Positions 9,675-19,588 of a stretch of 64,000 bases of DNA are shown here, one piece after another. The translations under genes were made by a program, and so were the position numbers. The notes below the pieces were generated by a model, which saw only the letters and a program-made list of their open reading frames with translations, did no database searches and was not told the origin of the DNA. The number at the start of each line of letters is the position of its first letter. Within the stretch, counting starts at the first letter, position 1. Source of the stretch: a bacterium (lineage in GTDB: Bacteria; Margulisbacteria; WOR-1; O2-12-FULL-45-9; XYB2-FULL-48-7); assembly GCA_043812655.1 (NCBI GenBank), contig JBDRLW010000008.1:3198-67197 (forward strand), in the 5' to 3' direction.

Positions 9675-11066
9675 ATGTATTTAATTATATTTTTGCTTGC
9701 GATCAACCTTTTCAAGATTAGCATCGCCCGTTATTTCCCGTTGATCGGCGACGAATCATTTTACTGGTTGTGGTCTCGTCATCTGGCTTTAAGCTATGAT
9801 TCCCATCCACCCATGATCAGTTACATCAACTTTATCTTGACTTCACTCTTTGGCCCGAGTGAGCTGGCGATCCGTTTGACCGCCATCATCATAGTATTTT
9901 CTATTTCTCTGTTTATCTACCGAACCGGCAAGGAATTGTTCGATTCCCGTGCGGCGGCGGTGGCCGTTATCGTCTTTAATCTATTACCGACCTTTTGGGC
10001 GGGCGGGATGTTCCTTGTCCCCCAGACCGTCTTTTTCTTCTTTTGGGCATTGAGCTTTTATCTTTTGGTTCTTATTATTAAGCATAAAAACGCCAGCCTC
10101 TGGTCTCTACTTGGGCTCACAGTCGGGCTTGGCCTGCTTAGCGACCATGTTATGGCGTTGTTCGTTATTGGCACACTGATCTTCTTTGGGTTTGTTAGGG
10201 AACAGCGTTTCTGGTTCACTAAAAAAGAACCCTACCTGGCTTCGCTAATAATTTTAATCGTCTATTCTCCGGTTATCATTTGGAATTTCCAGAATAACTT
10301 TGTCCCTTTTCATTTCTGGGGCGGCAGTGTTGCGCCCAAGGTTACCGAGCACCTTTTTAACTTTTTTGGCCTGCAGATGCTGTTATACACTCCACCGATC
10401 TTGGTGATGACCATTTATCAGCTTTTTCGGCTCCGGCCCGGGTTGCCGGCCCGTGACAGCCAAAATTTTCTTCTTGCGATCTTTTCGTCTGTTGTTTTTC
10501 TCCCTTTTCTTATGATCAGCCCGATCGTCAATGTCGGCGGCCATTGGCCTGCCGCTTCATATTTCCCCGCCATTCTGGGCTCGGGGCAGGTAAAAAAAAT
10601 AATACTCGGTTTGACCATCTTCTTTGCTCTGCTGGTCAATATCCTGGGCTTTACTTATTTTCTTTTTCTTTATCCTACCCCGCCGGAATTAAAAGGAAAA
10701 GAATTCACTATTAACCGTTCACTACCAGAGTTCTTAAAGTCAGCTACCCCAAAAAAAGGAAGCACCTTCTATTTTGCCAACAACTTGGGCTTGCTTGGCT
10801 TGGTCTCGTTTCACGGAAAGACCAACGCATACATGGCTTCGGGACGAATGTGGCTAGTTGACCAATGGGAGACGCCCAACATCAAAAAGGGGGATAATGT
10901 GCTCTATTTTGTACTTGATGAAACAACCCTTTACACTAAGTTAAAACCGCTTTTCCGCAAGGTCTGGATCGAACCCCAACCAAGGATTTTCGCTAAAGAC
11001 GCCGATATTCCCACCAAAACCCAGATCTATCATTGTATTGGCTACAAAGGAGGTCTAATCCCTTGA
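9675..11066 (+). CDS. GT83/PMT_2 family membrane glycosyltransferase (ArnT-like), paralog 2
   Basis: ARYFPLIGDESFYWLW...HPPM motif, polytopic. Start moved to the ATG at 9675 to avoid overlap with the convergent GT9 gene. Confidence 0.6.
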   Translation: MYLIIFLLAINLFKISIARYFPLIGDESFYWLWSRHLALSYDSHPPMISYINFILTSLFGPSELAIRLTAIIIVFSISLFIYRTGKELFDSRAAAVAVIVFNLLPTFWAGGMFLVPQTVFFFFWALSFYLLVLIIKHKNASLWSLLGLTVGLGLLSDHVMALFVIGTLIFFGFVREQRFWFTKKEPYLASLIILIVYSPVIIWNFQNNFVPFHFWGGSVAPKVTEHLFNFFGLQMLLYTPPILVMTIYQLFRLRPGLPARDSQNFLLAIFSSVVFLPFLMISPIVNVGGHWPAASYFPAILGSGQVKKIILGLTIFFALLVNILGFTYFLFLYPTPPELKGKEFTINRSLPEFLKSATPKKGSTFYFANNLGLLGLVSFHGKTNAYMASGRMWLVDQWETPNIKKGDNVLYFVLDETTLYTKLKPLFRKVWIEPQPRIFAKDADIPTKTQIYHCIGYKGGLIP

Positions 11067-12044
11067 TCAGAGCACTTGGAATCTTTTTAAGGCTCGTTCT
11101 ATACCGCTGCGGAAATCAATAGTATATTTAAACCCCAGTTGTTTCAGTTTGGCCGGATCACCAGCTCGGGCAAAAACTCCCTCCGGCTTATCCGATGTCC
11201 CACGAACCTCCGGGGTAAAACCGCAGAGATCAGCGACAATTTTGGCAAAATCAATAAAACTCGTGTAAATCCCGGTCGCTAAATTGACGGCGCCGGCATC
11301 ATCTATTTTATCCATTGTCCTTAATATCCCTTCAACGCAATCTTCAATATGGATAAAATCGCGCCTTTGCCTTCCCGTCCCCCACACCGTAATAACCGGG
11401 GCGCCGCGATTGGCCAGGACCCGTTTGCAAATCGCCGGGAATGGGTAAGTATCATCTTGATCCTCCCCATATCCTGAAAAAGGACGATAAACAACAGACT
11501 TTAACCCATGTTTTTCATAAGCTAGCTTCGCCAGATATTCACAAGTCAATTTTGCCCAACCATAAGACATATCGGGCATGCCGATATCAAGGTCAAAGGC
11601 GATCATCTCTTCCTTTAACAGTTTATGATCTTTTTCTCTTTGGTGTTTGATCGGGTAAGCGGCGCTCGAACTGAAACAAAGGCTCTTTTTCGGCTTAGTC
11701 TTTACCGCCCATTGCCAGTATTCGGCATCGATCGACAGGTCATCGGCCACCGCCAGCGGATTATTCTCGATCATCAGCCGCCCCCCCACCATCGCCGCCA
11801 GGTGGAAACAATAGTCAAAATCGGTATCATCTACCCGGTTAAAATAATCCCGGCAATCTTCGTGGTAAAAATGGAAATTCTTGAAGTCTAGGGGGGAATA
11901 TAACGGCCATTTTTTCGGCAAAAGTCCACCAGTCAGCGGAGCAACTTTATCGACACAATGGACTTCATCGCCAAGCTCCAAAAGGCGCTTAACTACATTC
12001 CGGCCGACAAAACCGGCACCGCCGGTGACAAGGATTTTACGCAT
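11067..12044 (-). CDS. NAD-dependent epimerase/dehydratase (extended SDR; nucleotide-sugar modifying)
   Basis: N-terminal Rossmann GGAGFVGRNV, YxxxK region, about 325 aa. Confidence 0.75.
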   Translation of the reverse strand: MRKILVTGGAGFVGRNVVKRLLELGDEVHCVDKVAPLTGGLLPKKWPLYSPLDFKNFHFYHEDCRDYFNRVDDTDFDYCFHLAAMVGGRLMIENNPLAVADDLSIDAEYWQWAVKTKPKKSLCFSSSAAYPIKHQREKDHKLLKEEMIAFDLDIGMPDMSYGWAKLTCEYLAKLAYEKHGLKSVVYRPFSGYGEDQDDTYPFPAICKRVLANRGAPVITVWGTGRQRRDFIHIEDCVEGILRTMDKIDDAGAVNLATGIYTSFIDFAKIVADLCGFTPEVRGTSDKPEGVFARAGDPAKLKQLGFKYTIDFRSGIERALKRFQVL

Positions 12045-12954
12045 GGAAATGCTTCCGGTAAAGGGTAAAAGCTTCTTTTGCAGCGGCAGGGAGGTAATTC
12101 ATGATGGCTTCAGGATCACCGGGAAGCTTGGTTACTATCTCTAAGTTGTTTTCATAGCCAAGATATTCCTTTTTCATATCGACCACTAGATCATGTTCAT
12201 TCCTTTGCTGGTAAACAGAAGCCCGGTTAAACACAACTTTCGCGCCTCTCGCCTGTACATAATAAGCGGCCCAGATATCATCCATCCTGCCGATATGAGG
12301 AAATAAAAAATAATCTTTCAACAGTTCCCCTTTTAGGATGGTGTTTTGCGAGTTAAAAGGCGAAAGCTTATTGGCCGCTAGCGGAAAAGCCGCCGGCGCG
12401 AATTTACATTCCGGCTTATAGATCATCCGGCAAACCGCGTCAATATCAGGATCTCCATCCCAAAAATCGGCCTGCACATCAAAGGCCATTTTCTTTTTTG
12501 ACTTTAAACTATAGTCTCTTTTAGGTACTAATTGTAGCGGATAACCGCGATGCCATAAGCGGTTTTCATTGGTAGCACCGATCGAATCAAAAGCCGGTAA
12601 TTTTGTCTCATAATAATTCACTTCAACTTCTTCTCCAACAATCAGGTTTTTTCCCCAATCAGGATACGGGATGTTGTCATCATCGATCACCGCGACCAGG
12701 TCAGCCTGCAGGTCATAGGCCCATAACAGCCCAAAATTCCGCCGTTGGATACATTTCCAGCCAATCGCGTCAGACAAAGGCTTGTCATATTTTTCTTGTT
12801 CCTCGGGAGAGACATAGATCCCCCGTTTTAATTTATAATCTTTTTGGGTTTTTAGGTCGCCAATAACTACGAGCGTCCAATCAGTCATGGCATCAAATTT
12901 TTCTATCGCTTCGGTCGGGGGATTAATCGTTGTTGTGACAATGACTTTTTTCAT
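12037..12954 (-). CDS. Hypothetical protein, possibly a GT-A fold glycosyltransferase (DDD motif; STELLO/GT75-like?)
   Basis: VIDDDNIPYPDW DxD-like motif. Co-operonic with the GT2 and epimerase genes. No firm family match from sequence alone. Confidence 0.35.
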   Translation of the reverse strand: MKKVIVTTTINPPTEAIEKFDAMTDWTLVVIGDLKTQKDYKLKRGIYVSPEEQEKYDKPLSDAIGWKCIQRRNFGLLWAYDLQADLVAVIDDDNIPYPDWGKNLIVGEEVEVNYYETKLPAFDSIGATNENRLWHRGYPLQLVPKRDYSLKSKKKMAFDVQADFWDGDPDIDAVCRMIYKPECKFAPAAFPLAANKLSPFNSQNTILKGELLKDYFLFPHIGRMDDIWAAYYVQARGAKVVFNRASVYQQRNEHDLVVDMKKEYLGYENNLEIVTKLPGDPEAIMNYLPAAAKEAFTLYRKHFHA

Positions 12955-13694
12955 ATTAGAATCTGCTCCTTCGGATAAAATAGGGTCTTTAATCCGATCC
13001 TAAAATACTCAAAATTTCTCCAGAAAGTATTCTGCGATCCGCCTTCACTCCGCGCTTTCCATTTAGAAGGGACTTCCTTCACCTCAACACCCAATCTAAG
13101 CGGCTTTACTATTGTCTCAAAAAGAAAAGGATGGCGCAATTCTTCCCAGCGGATAGATTTGACCAATAGCGCGGGAAAAAGCCGGTAACCGTAAGTCATA
13201 TCCGTTAACTTTGTCCGGTACAATATTGAAAAAAAACGTTGGAAGATAAAATTAAGCAGATATTTTAACAGGCTGTATGACTGGAATCCTCCCCCCTTTA
13301 TCCAGCGCGAGCCGGTTATTATTATAGTTGAATCCTTTTTTGCGGCTTCAATAAAGTTTTTCACTTCATCCGGAGCGGTTTCCATGTCGCTCGCCATCAT
13401 TATAATGTGGCTTCCAGAAGCAAACTTGAAGGCATCCCTCATAGCGCCGCCCAGGAAAGGGAGGGCCTGTTTAAGCATCTTTAACTTTTCACCATATCGA
13501 CTTTTAAGTTGTTCGCAGACTTTTAAGCTTTCCGGTGTTGTTTTATCACACACTACGACAATAAATTCCAATATATCGCTGGCACAATCAGCAGTGATGA
13601 TCTCAATGGTCTTCTCTAGCGACACGGTCTCGTTGATGACCGGCAGAATAACGGAGACCGATTTGAATGCCTGTTTATTTAATTCTTTCAACAT
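12951..13694 (-). CDS. GT2 glycosyltransferase (polyprenyl-phosphate sugar synthase-like)
   Basis: VSVILPVINE...VVVCDKTTPES GT-A fold N-terminus. Confidence 0.65.
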   Translation of the reverse strand: MLKELNKQAFKSVSVILPVINETVSLEKTIEIITADCASDILEFIVVVCDKTTPESLKVCEQLKSRYGEKLKMLKQALPFLGGAMRDAFKFASGSHIIMMASDMETAPDEVKNFIEAAKKDSTIIITGSRWIKGGGFQSYSLLKYLLNFIFQRFFSILYRTKLTDMTYGYRLFPALLVKSIRWEELRHPFLFETIVKPLRLGVEVKEVPSKWKARSEGGSQNTFWRNFEYFRIGLKTLFYPKEQILI

Positions 13695-13784
13695 TTGTTG
13701 GTTGTTTAGCCTCTATATAATAGCCAAATAAAATCATTTTTATATGATTATAACATATATAATGTTGACATTATTTAGAGGGCT

Positions 13785-15227
13785 TTAGAGGCTGACCGCT
13801 CCCTTAAAACCGGTACAATAATATGGGACCAGGTCATCTAAGTAACTTTCAATAGCATAAAGGTCCAGATCGGGTCTGATAACAACCCTGGCAAACTGTT
13901 TTTTCAACTTTTGTTTTGTCTCTAGATTCGCTGGCCCAAAATAAACGATATTCTCTCCCCTCTTTATATCTGGTCCACCCCACAGGTCAAATTGCTTCTG
14001 GCCAAAGCCATGTTCTTCGACCCTTAAATAATCTTTGACCATAAAAGTCGGTTGATGTGTATAAAATGCCAGTTCGGAGGCCATCCCATGATACGGTGCC
14101 ATTATATATGTATGCGGCGGCAACCTCTGATATTTTTGGACTAAAGAATAATTTTGCTGGTATTGTGCTTGCCGGGGCAAGAGCATTGATGAGCCAAATA
14201 GAATAAGTGAGACAGCTATAATATCAAATACCCAGATGGCAATAACAACTCGCCTGGTCACTTTATAATTACCAGCGATCATTACTGCCACTCCTGATAA
14301 GGCTGCAAATTGATACACTATCACCCAATGGGCCCATACTTTAATGACAAAAGTAAAAGCTAGGAAGATTAAAAGAAGCGGAATAGAAAAAGCAAAATAA
14401 TATTTACTTTTTTGCCACAGCTGTCTTGCATAAATTATAAATCCTAAAAATAAGAAGGGAGTAAAATGAACTAATTGATCTCCGATCAGGTCCAGGATAT
14501 TTTGAGGAATATTCGTCTTGCCTAAACGTCCGGAATGAAAGAGAAAAGAGATAAAATTATGCTGTACGTTCCAAATAATTATCGGTGAAAAAATAACGAT
14601 CGATAATAAAAAAGCCAAATAAGGCTCTTTTTTGAATAACCACCCTCGTTGGTTCTTATCAAAGATCAAAATTAAAAATACCGGCAACAGAAAAAAAACC
14701 ATCGTATATTTTGATAGTACCCCGAAACCAAACGCGAAAGCGAACCAATACCAATCGGTCGGTTTCCCCTCTTTATAGATCTTGGCAAAAAAGTAGAGTG
14801 CAAGAGCCCAAAACATCGCCAACGGATTATCGATCGTTACCGTTAACCAGATGATTATGTAATGTGGGATAAGTAGGAATAATGTCGCCGCGATAATCCC
14901 GACTTTTCTATCAAATAAAGTCTCTCCAGTCTTATAAATAAAATATGTGGCGATTATAGCTAGCGTCAGCCCAGCCAAGCGGAAATTAAACAGGTTATAT
15001 TCCCCAAACAAGCTGATGAATTTATTAAAATAAGCAATAAAGGCGGGATGATCGACATAAGAAATGGACAGGTGTTTATGCCATAACCAATAATAAGCCT
15101 CATCACAAGTGATGGGAAAAAGCTGCATCGCCCAGAGCTTAAAGGAATTGACCGTGATAAATGAAACCACAAAAAAGCGGTTTAGCGGATCATTGAGGAA
15201 GCTCTTTATTCTTTCCATTGCTCCCAT
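13785..15227 (-). CDS. GT83/PMT_2 family membrane glycosyltransferase (ArnT-like), paralog 3
   Basis: CDEAYYWLWHKHLSISYVDHPAF motif, polytopic. Confidence 0.65.
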   Translation of the reverse strand: MGAMERIKSFLNDPLNRFFVVSFITVNSFKLWAMQLFPITCDEAYYWLWHKHLSISYVDHPAFIAYFNKFISLFGEYNLFNFRLAGLTLAIIATYFIYKTGETLFDRKVGIIAATLFLLIPHYIIIWLTVTIDNPLAMFWALALYFFAKIYKEGKPTDWYWFAFAFGFGVLSKYTMVFFLLPVFLILIFDKNQRGWLFKKEPYLAFLLSIVIFSPIIIWNVQHNFISFLFHSGRLGKTNIPQNILDLIGDQLVHFTPFLFLGFIIYARQLWQKSKYYFAFSIPLLLIFLAFTFVIKVWAHWVIVYQFAALSGVAVMIAGNYKVTRRVVIAIWVFDIIAVSLILFGSSMLLPRQAQYQQNYSLVQKYQRLPPHTYIMAPYHGMASELAFYTHQPTFMVKDYLRVEEHGFGQKQFDLWGGPDIKRGENIVYFGPANLETKQKLKKQFARVVIRPDLDLYAIESYLDDLVPYYCTGFKGAVSL

Positions 15228-15283
15228 TATAATTGAAGGCTAAGTCAAAATAAAGTAAGATTATATGAGGTCATTAAGTTCTC

Positions 15284-15345
15284 GAAAACCTGCGAATGAA
15301 ATTCGCGGTTCCATTAAAATAACCGAGAACTTTATTCTCCGGTTA
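15284..15345. repeat. R5 repeat, inverted orientation, intergenic
   Basis: ctgcgaatgaaattcgcggttcc...aaccgagaactttattctccggtt. Confidence 0.65.
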
Positions 15346-15350
15346 CGTAA

Positions 15351-16991
15351 ATGCAAATAAAAAAGAACATATTAATATTTATTCTCTGCGTTTTCATTAC
15401 GATTTCATTCGTCACCCTCCCTCGTAACCCGTTGCAAAACGATGACGCCTCCCTTTACGCTCTGGCGGCAAAAAATGCGGTTGTTCATGGCCAGTGGCTG
15501 GCACAATTTATTTCTCCAGGTGATAGCTCATCATTTCTAGACAAGCCACCACTTGGCATCTGGCTTTTAGCCTGGTTACCAAAAATATTTGGCGTTAGCG
15601 AATTAACGATCCATTTCCCCAATGTCATTTATTATTCATTTCTTCTTCTTATCATATACTTGGCAATTTCATATTTAAGCTCACGAAAGCTAGCGCTCTA
15701 TTCAACTATTATTGCCGCCACTAGTCTTGGGCTTGTCGTCTACTCTCGGGCGCCAAAATTGGATGTTCTGCTAACTTTGTTTGTAATGACCGCTAACCTA
15801 GCCATTTATGCTTATTTAAAGAAAGATAAGCCTGTTTTTTTGTATCTCTTTACTCTCTCTATAATTTGCGGGACTTTGATCAAAAGCGGCTTTGGCCTGA
15901 TTTTCCCGGCCCTAACAATATTATTCTTACTAATTTTTAATCCTTATGCCAGAAAAAAGCTTTTTTCTGCCTTATTGTCTTTGCACTTCATATTAAATAT
16001 TTTACTCTTTTTATTGGTCACGGGAGGCGTTTTATCCTCTCAATCGATCAGCCTAAAAGATCAATGGCTTCCCTATCTTATTAGTATTTCCATTCAGAGC
16101 AAATATAATACAAGTTATTTAGGCTTTGGGTTTTATTATTCGATCATTGGCTTCTTGCTATTAATTCTCTTCCCTTGGTCTCCATTATGGCTGACTTCAC
16201 TTAAAAACCCACTCTCAAGAAAAAGTAATCGTCATACCCCACACTTAAGTGTGGGGTATCAAAAACTATCTCTTTCCTCGTTCTGCAATCTCTGGTTCTG
16301 GTCCAACGTTTTATTTCTATTATTCTTCTACCGCCAAAATGACCTGCGGACTTTTACTGTTTTTTGTCCGCCGCTGGCAATCTTGGCAGGGATACGCTTG
16401 GCTCTTCTCATCGGGAAACCTGCGACTAAACGTCGCGGTTTCCTCGCCCTTTTAGGCTGGAACAGTTTTTTACTCTTTGTTTTTGGCGCATTTACTGTTG
16501 CCTTATTATTTAATCCCCATAATGCGGAGGGATTCAATCTTTCTTCCGCAATCCAGCCTTTATCCCTTTTTGTTCTTTCATTAATAACAATGATGATCTT
16601 TTTCTGGCAACCGACCATTAAAATATTAACCATGACTTTTTTCCTGGTTTGCTTGGCTTATAGCCTTCTCTTCTGGAACAGCCAGGTTTTAGTTAATGCC
16701 TTTAATCCGGACGTTACTTGGCCAAAAACCATTGCTAACTATCAAGCCAAAGGCTATAAGTTCTATATTTACCGCCCACCGGACCGTCAGCTTTTTTATA
16801 GCCCCGATCTCTTTTACGTAGATTTTATGGCCGGCCCAGCCGACCAATATTTTTGGGATCCAATAATGTTAAAGGACGCCTTAAAGCTTAATGAAGCTAT
16901 TGTTCTTAGCGACACCAAGAGCTGGAGAAAATTAAAGATGACCGGAAAAACAATCGCTCAAGATAGCTACTCATGCTTAATTTTGAGATAA
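15351..16991 (+). CDS. GT83/GT39-like membrane glycosyltransferase, paralog 4 (more divergent)
   Basis: DASLYALAAKNAVVHGQWL...DKPPLGIWLLAW, polytopic, 546 aa. Confidence 0.55.
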   Translation: MQIKKNILIFILCVFITISFVTLPRNPLQNDDASLYALAAKNAVVHGQWLAQFISPGDSSSFLDKPPLGIWLLAWLPKIFGVSELTIHFPNVIYYSFLLLIIYLAISYLSSRKLALYSTIIAATSLGLVVYSRAPKLDVLLTLFVMTANLAIYAYLKKDKPVFLYLFTLSIICGTLIKSGFGLIFPALTILFLLIFNPYARKKLFSALLSLHFILNILLFLLVTGGVLSSQSISLKDQWLPYLISISIQSKYNTSYLGFGFYYSIIGFLLLILFPWSPLWLTSLKNPLSRKSNRHTPHLSVGYQKLSLSSFCNLWFWSNVLFLLFFYRQNDLRTFTVFCPPLAILAGIRLALLIGKPATKRRGFLALLGWNSFLLFVFGAFTVALLFNPHNAEGFNLSSAIQPLSLFVLSLITMMIFFWQPTIKILTMTFFLVCLAYSLLFWNSQVLVNAFNPDVTWPKTIANYQAKGYKFYIYRPPDRQLFYSPDLFYVDFMAGPADQYFWDPIMLKDALKLNEAIVLSDTKSWRKLKMTGKTIAQDSYSCLILR

Positions 16992-16998
16992 TATAATT

Positions 16999-18537
16999 AT
17001 GAACATTTGGCTATTGTTAGCAATTACAACTTTGTTACGGCTCTGTCTGGCGTCGCTTTTCCCTATCACCGCCGATGAATCATACTATTGGCTCTGGTCA
17101 AAGCATTTAAGCCTTTCTTATGTCGATCATCCGCCAATGGTGGCGGTCGTTAATTGGCTTTTCACCCACGGGACAGAAAACCTGATCATGCTCCGTCTGG
17201 GGACGGCAATAATTTCATTTTTGGTTAGCCTGCTCATCTATTTCCTAGCGAAAGAAGTTTTCAATGAAAAAGTCGCTTTCTGGTCGGTGGTCCTGTTCCA
17301 AATCCTTCCCCACTTCGTCGTCATCTGGTTGACGCAATTTGTCGAACTCCCGCTCGCTTTATTCTGGACTTTATCATTATTGATTCTGGCAAAAATATTC
17401 AATTTTTCCCATCCATCTTCTCCGAACCCCCAAATCCGAACTCCTAACTTATTATGGCTCGCGCTCGGCCTCACCATCGGCCTGGGTTCCCTTAGCAAAT
17501 ACACCATGTTCCTCTTCTGGCCGTGTCTTGGATTATTCTTTATTCTCTCTCCCGAAAACCGTTTCTGGCTTAAGCGAAAAGAACTTTACCTATGCCTTCT
17601 CCTAAGCCTATGCTTTTTTTCTCCAGTATTGATTTGGAATAACAACCATGCCTGGGCATCGTTTCTCTTCCATGGCAGTAAAGCTAGTGGAGATGCGTGG
17701 GGAACAAATTTTCTCCCCTTTGTTGGCGATCAATTAGTACACTTTACGCCTTTCCTTATTTTTACTCTTTTTGCTGTCGCTAAATCCTTCTTTCCAACTA
17801 ACAAACTAATGGCTCGACAAGCCCTTCGGCAAGCTCAGGGCAACATCGAGCGGAGTCGAGATGCTCGCCATCCCAGCCATCCCGAGCTCCGTCGAGGGAC
17901 AAACCAACAAACCAACCAACTCCCCCTCCTCCTCGCCTCGTTCTCCTTCCCCATCCTCTGCCTTTTCCTTTTCCTAAGCCTTAAGGTCAAGGTCTGGGCC
18001 CACTGGCCGGAGATCGGTTATATTGCGGCCATTCCCTTAACAATTAATTACTTAATTGAAAAGAATAAATCATTAAATAAATTCATTACTTGGATTGCAG
18101 GCTTCACCGGTTTAGTTCTAATTATTCTATTTTGGGTCACGCCAGCCATTCTCTTACATCAGAAAGATTACCTGGCTAATTATCAATTAACCAATTCAAT
18201 CCCCAAAGAGTATAAGCTCTTTGCCAAAACCAATGTCTCTTCGTCTCTCCTTGAGTTTTATACCAAGCGACCGGTTTATATGGCCACCGGTTTTTTAAAA
18301 GAGAACCATCTCTGGGGCGAAAAACAGTATGAACTCTGGGGAATTCCCAATTTAGTTAAAGGGGAAACTGTCATATATTATGGTGATGATACCCCTTTCT
18401 TTCAAGAAAAAGCCAAAACTAATTTCAGAAGCATTACAGAATTACCGGTTAAATTGTATTTAATTGAGGATTATATTACTAATAATTATAAGATGTTTAA
18501 ACTAGAAGGTTATAAAAGATCCGCTTCTCACCCTTAG
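16999..18537 (+). CDS. GT83/PMT_2 family membrane glycosyltransferase (ArnT-like), paralog 5
   Basis: ADESYYWLWSKHLSLSYVDHPPM motif. Carries in-frame repeat inserts R3 (17417-17448) and R4 (17803-17915). Confidence 0.65.
   Translation: MNIWLLLAITTLLRLCLASLFPITADESYYWLWSKHLSLSYVDHPPMVAVVNWLFTHGTENLIMLRLGTAIISFLVSLLIYFLAKEVFNEKVAFWSVVLFQILPHFVVIWLTQFVELPLALFWTLSLLILAKIFNFSHPSSPNPQIRTPNLLWLALGLTIGLGSLSKYTMFLFWPCLGLFFILSPENRFWLKRKELYLCLLLSLCFFSPVLIWNNNHAWASFLFHGSKASGDAWGTNFLPFVGDQLVHFTPFLIFTLFAVAKSFFPTNKLMARQALRQAQGNIERSRDARHPSHPELRRGTNQQTNQLPLLLASFSFPILCLFLFLSLKVKVWAHWPEIGYIAAIPLTINYLIEKNKSLNKFITWIAGFTGLVLIILFWVTPAILLHQKDYLANYQLTNSIPKEYKLFAKTNVSSSLLEFYTKRPVYMATGFLKENHLWGEKQYELWGIPNLVKGETVIYYGDDTPFFQEKAKTNFRSITELPVKLYLIEDYITNNYKMFKLEGYKRSASHP
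17417..17448. repeat. R3 repeat in frame in GT83 paralog 5
   Basis: tcttctccgaacccccaaatccgaactcctaac encodes SSPNPQIRTPN. Confidence 0.7.
17803..17915. repeat. R4 repeat (long form, about 110 bp) in frame in GT83 paralog 5
   Basis: aacaaactaATGGCTCGACAAGC...TCGCCATCCCAGCCATCCCGAGCTCCGTCGAGGGAcaaaccaacaaacc with a 41-bp internal segment absent from the other copy. Confidence 0.75.
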
Positions 18538-18543
18538 CTTTTT

Positions 18544-18672
18544 GCCCTCATCCGCTGGCGCTAAAGACTCCCCCTTCTCCCATAGGGAGAAGGGAACACA
18601 GCAAGACTAGACGTGCAAATTACCCTCTCCCTTTGGGAGAGGGGGAAAGGTTAACGTTGGCTGGGTGAGGGC
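18544..18672. repeat. R1 composite MITE-like element between convergent genes
   Basis: gccctcatccgctggcgc box, two CCYTCTCCC-NNN-GGGAGARGG hairpins, terminal gggtgagggc. Confidence 0.8.
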
Positions 18673-18679
18673 TAAAGGC

Positions 18680-19588
18680 TTAAATATTCCCGGTATAAAC
18701 GTATTTCAATCCGGCTTCCAACCCAATCTCCTTGGCCTTAATAACGGTTTCCCTCGGAGTTGCCGGCCGGTCAAGCATTTTATAAGTGGGGTAAAAAGCC
18801 GAAACGTGCCAAGGAACATCATCGCCAAGATCGTTCTTAATAAAGCTGGCAATTTCCGTTAATTCTTCATTTGAATCATTCAAACCGGGAATAATCAAAG
18901 TCGTCAGCTCGATCCAGATCTTAAGATTCCTCATTAATTTAATCGTGTCTAAAACCGGCTGCAGTCGCCCACCACAATATTTTTTATAGTAATCGTCACT
19001 GAACGACTTCAGATCAATATTCGCCGCGTCAAGATATGGAGCGATCATTTTAGTCGGTTCCGGATTAGAATAGCCATTGGTCACAAAAATATTTTTCAGG
19101 CCCTTCGCGTTAGCAAGTTTAGCGCAATCATAGGCAAATTCAAAAAATATTGTCGGTTCGGTATAAGTATAGGAGATGCTCTGGCAATCGTTATCAATCG
19201 CTGCCTTAACAATTTCTTCCGGCGTTGTCTCTATGCCGCCAATTCCCCCCTCATCCCATCGTCCCCTCGTCTCATCGTCCTTTCGTCCTTTCGTTGCTTT
19301 CGAGATCCCAAAGTTTTGGCAGAAATCACAGCGGAAATTACAACCAACCGTTGCAATTGAATATGACCTTGTTCCCGGCAAAAAATGGTTGAGGGGCTTC
19401 TTCTCGATCGGATCAATAGCGGCTGAAATAACTTTACCGTAAACTAAGCTGTATAAAACACCCTTTTGGTTTTCCCTAACCCCACAAATCCCTCGTTTCC
19501 CATCAGCAATCAAACAATTATGCGGACAAAGTAAACACTGGACCCTGGACTCTGGACCCTGGACCCTATAAAAAAGTGCTTCCCTCAT
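18680..19588 (-). CDS. AmmeMemoRadiSam-system radical SAM enzyme (AmrS-like)
   Basis: VQCLLCPHNC N-terminal Cys cluster plus GCNFRCDFCQN radical SAM motif. Contains two in-frame inserts: R2 at the N-terminus and a 20-aa low-complexity insert. Confidence 0.7.
   Translation of the reverse strand: MREALFYRVQGPESRVQCLLCPHNCLIADGKRGICGVRENQKGVLYSLVYGKVISAAIDPIEKKPLNHFLPGTRSYSIATVGCNFRCDFCQNFGISKATKGRKDDETRGRWDEGGIGGIETTPEEIVKAAIDNDCQSISYTYTEPTIFFEFAYDCAKLANAKGLKNIFVTNGYSNPEPTKMIAPYLDAANIDLKSFSDDYYKKYCGGRLQPVLDTIKLMRNLKIWIELTTLIIPGLNDSNEELTEIASFIKNDLGDDVPWHVSAFYPTYKMLDRPATPRETVIKAKEIGLEAGLKYVYTGNI
19539..19568. repeat. R2 repeat (CTGGACCCTGGAnyCTGGACCCTGG) in frame in the AmrS N-terminus
   Basis: Encodes YRVQGPESRVQ, directly before the conserved CLLCPHNC. 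Confidence 0.7.
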
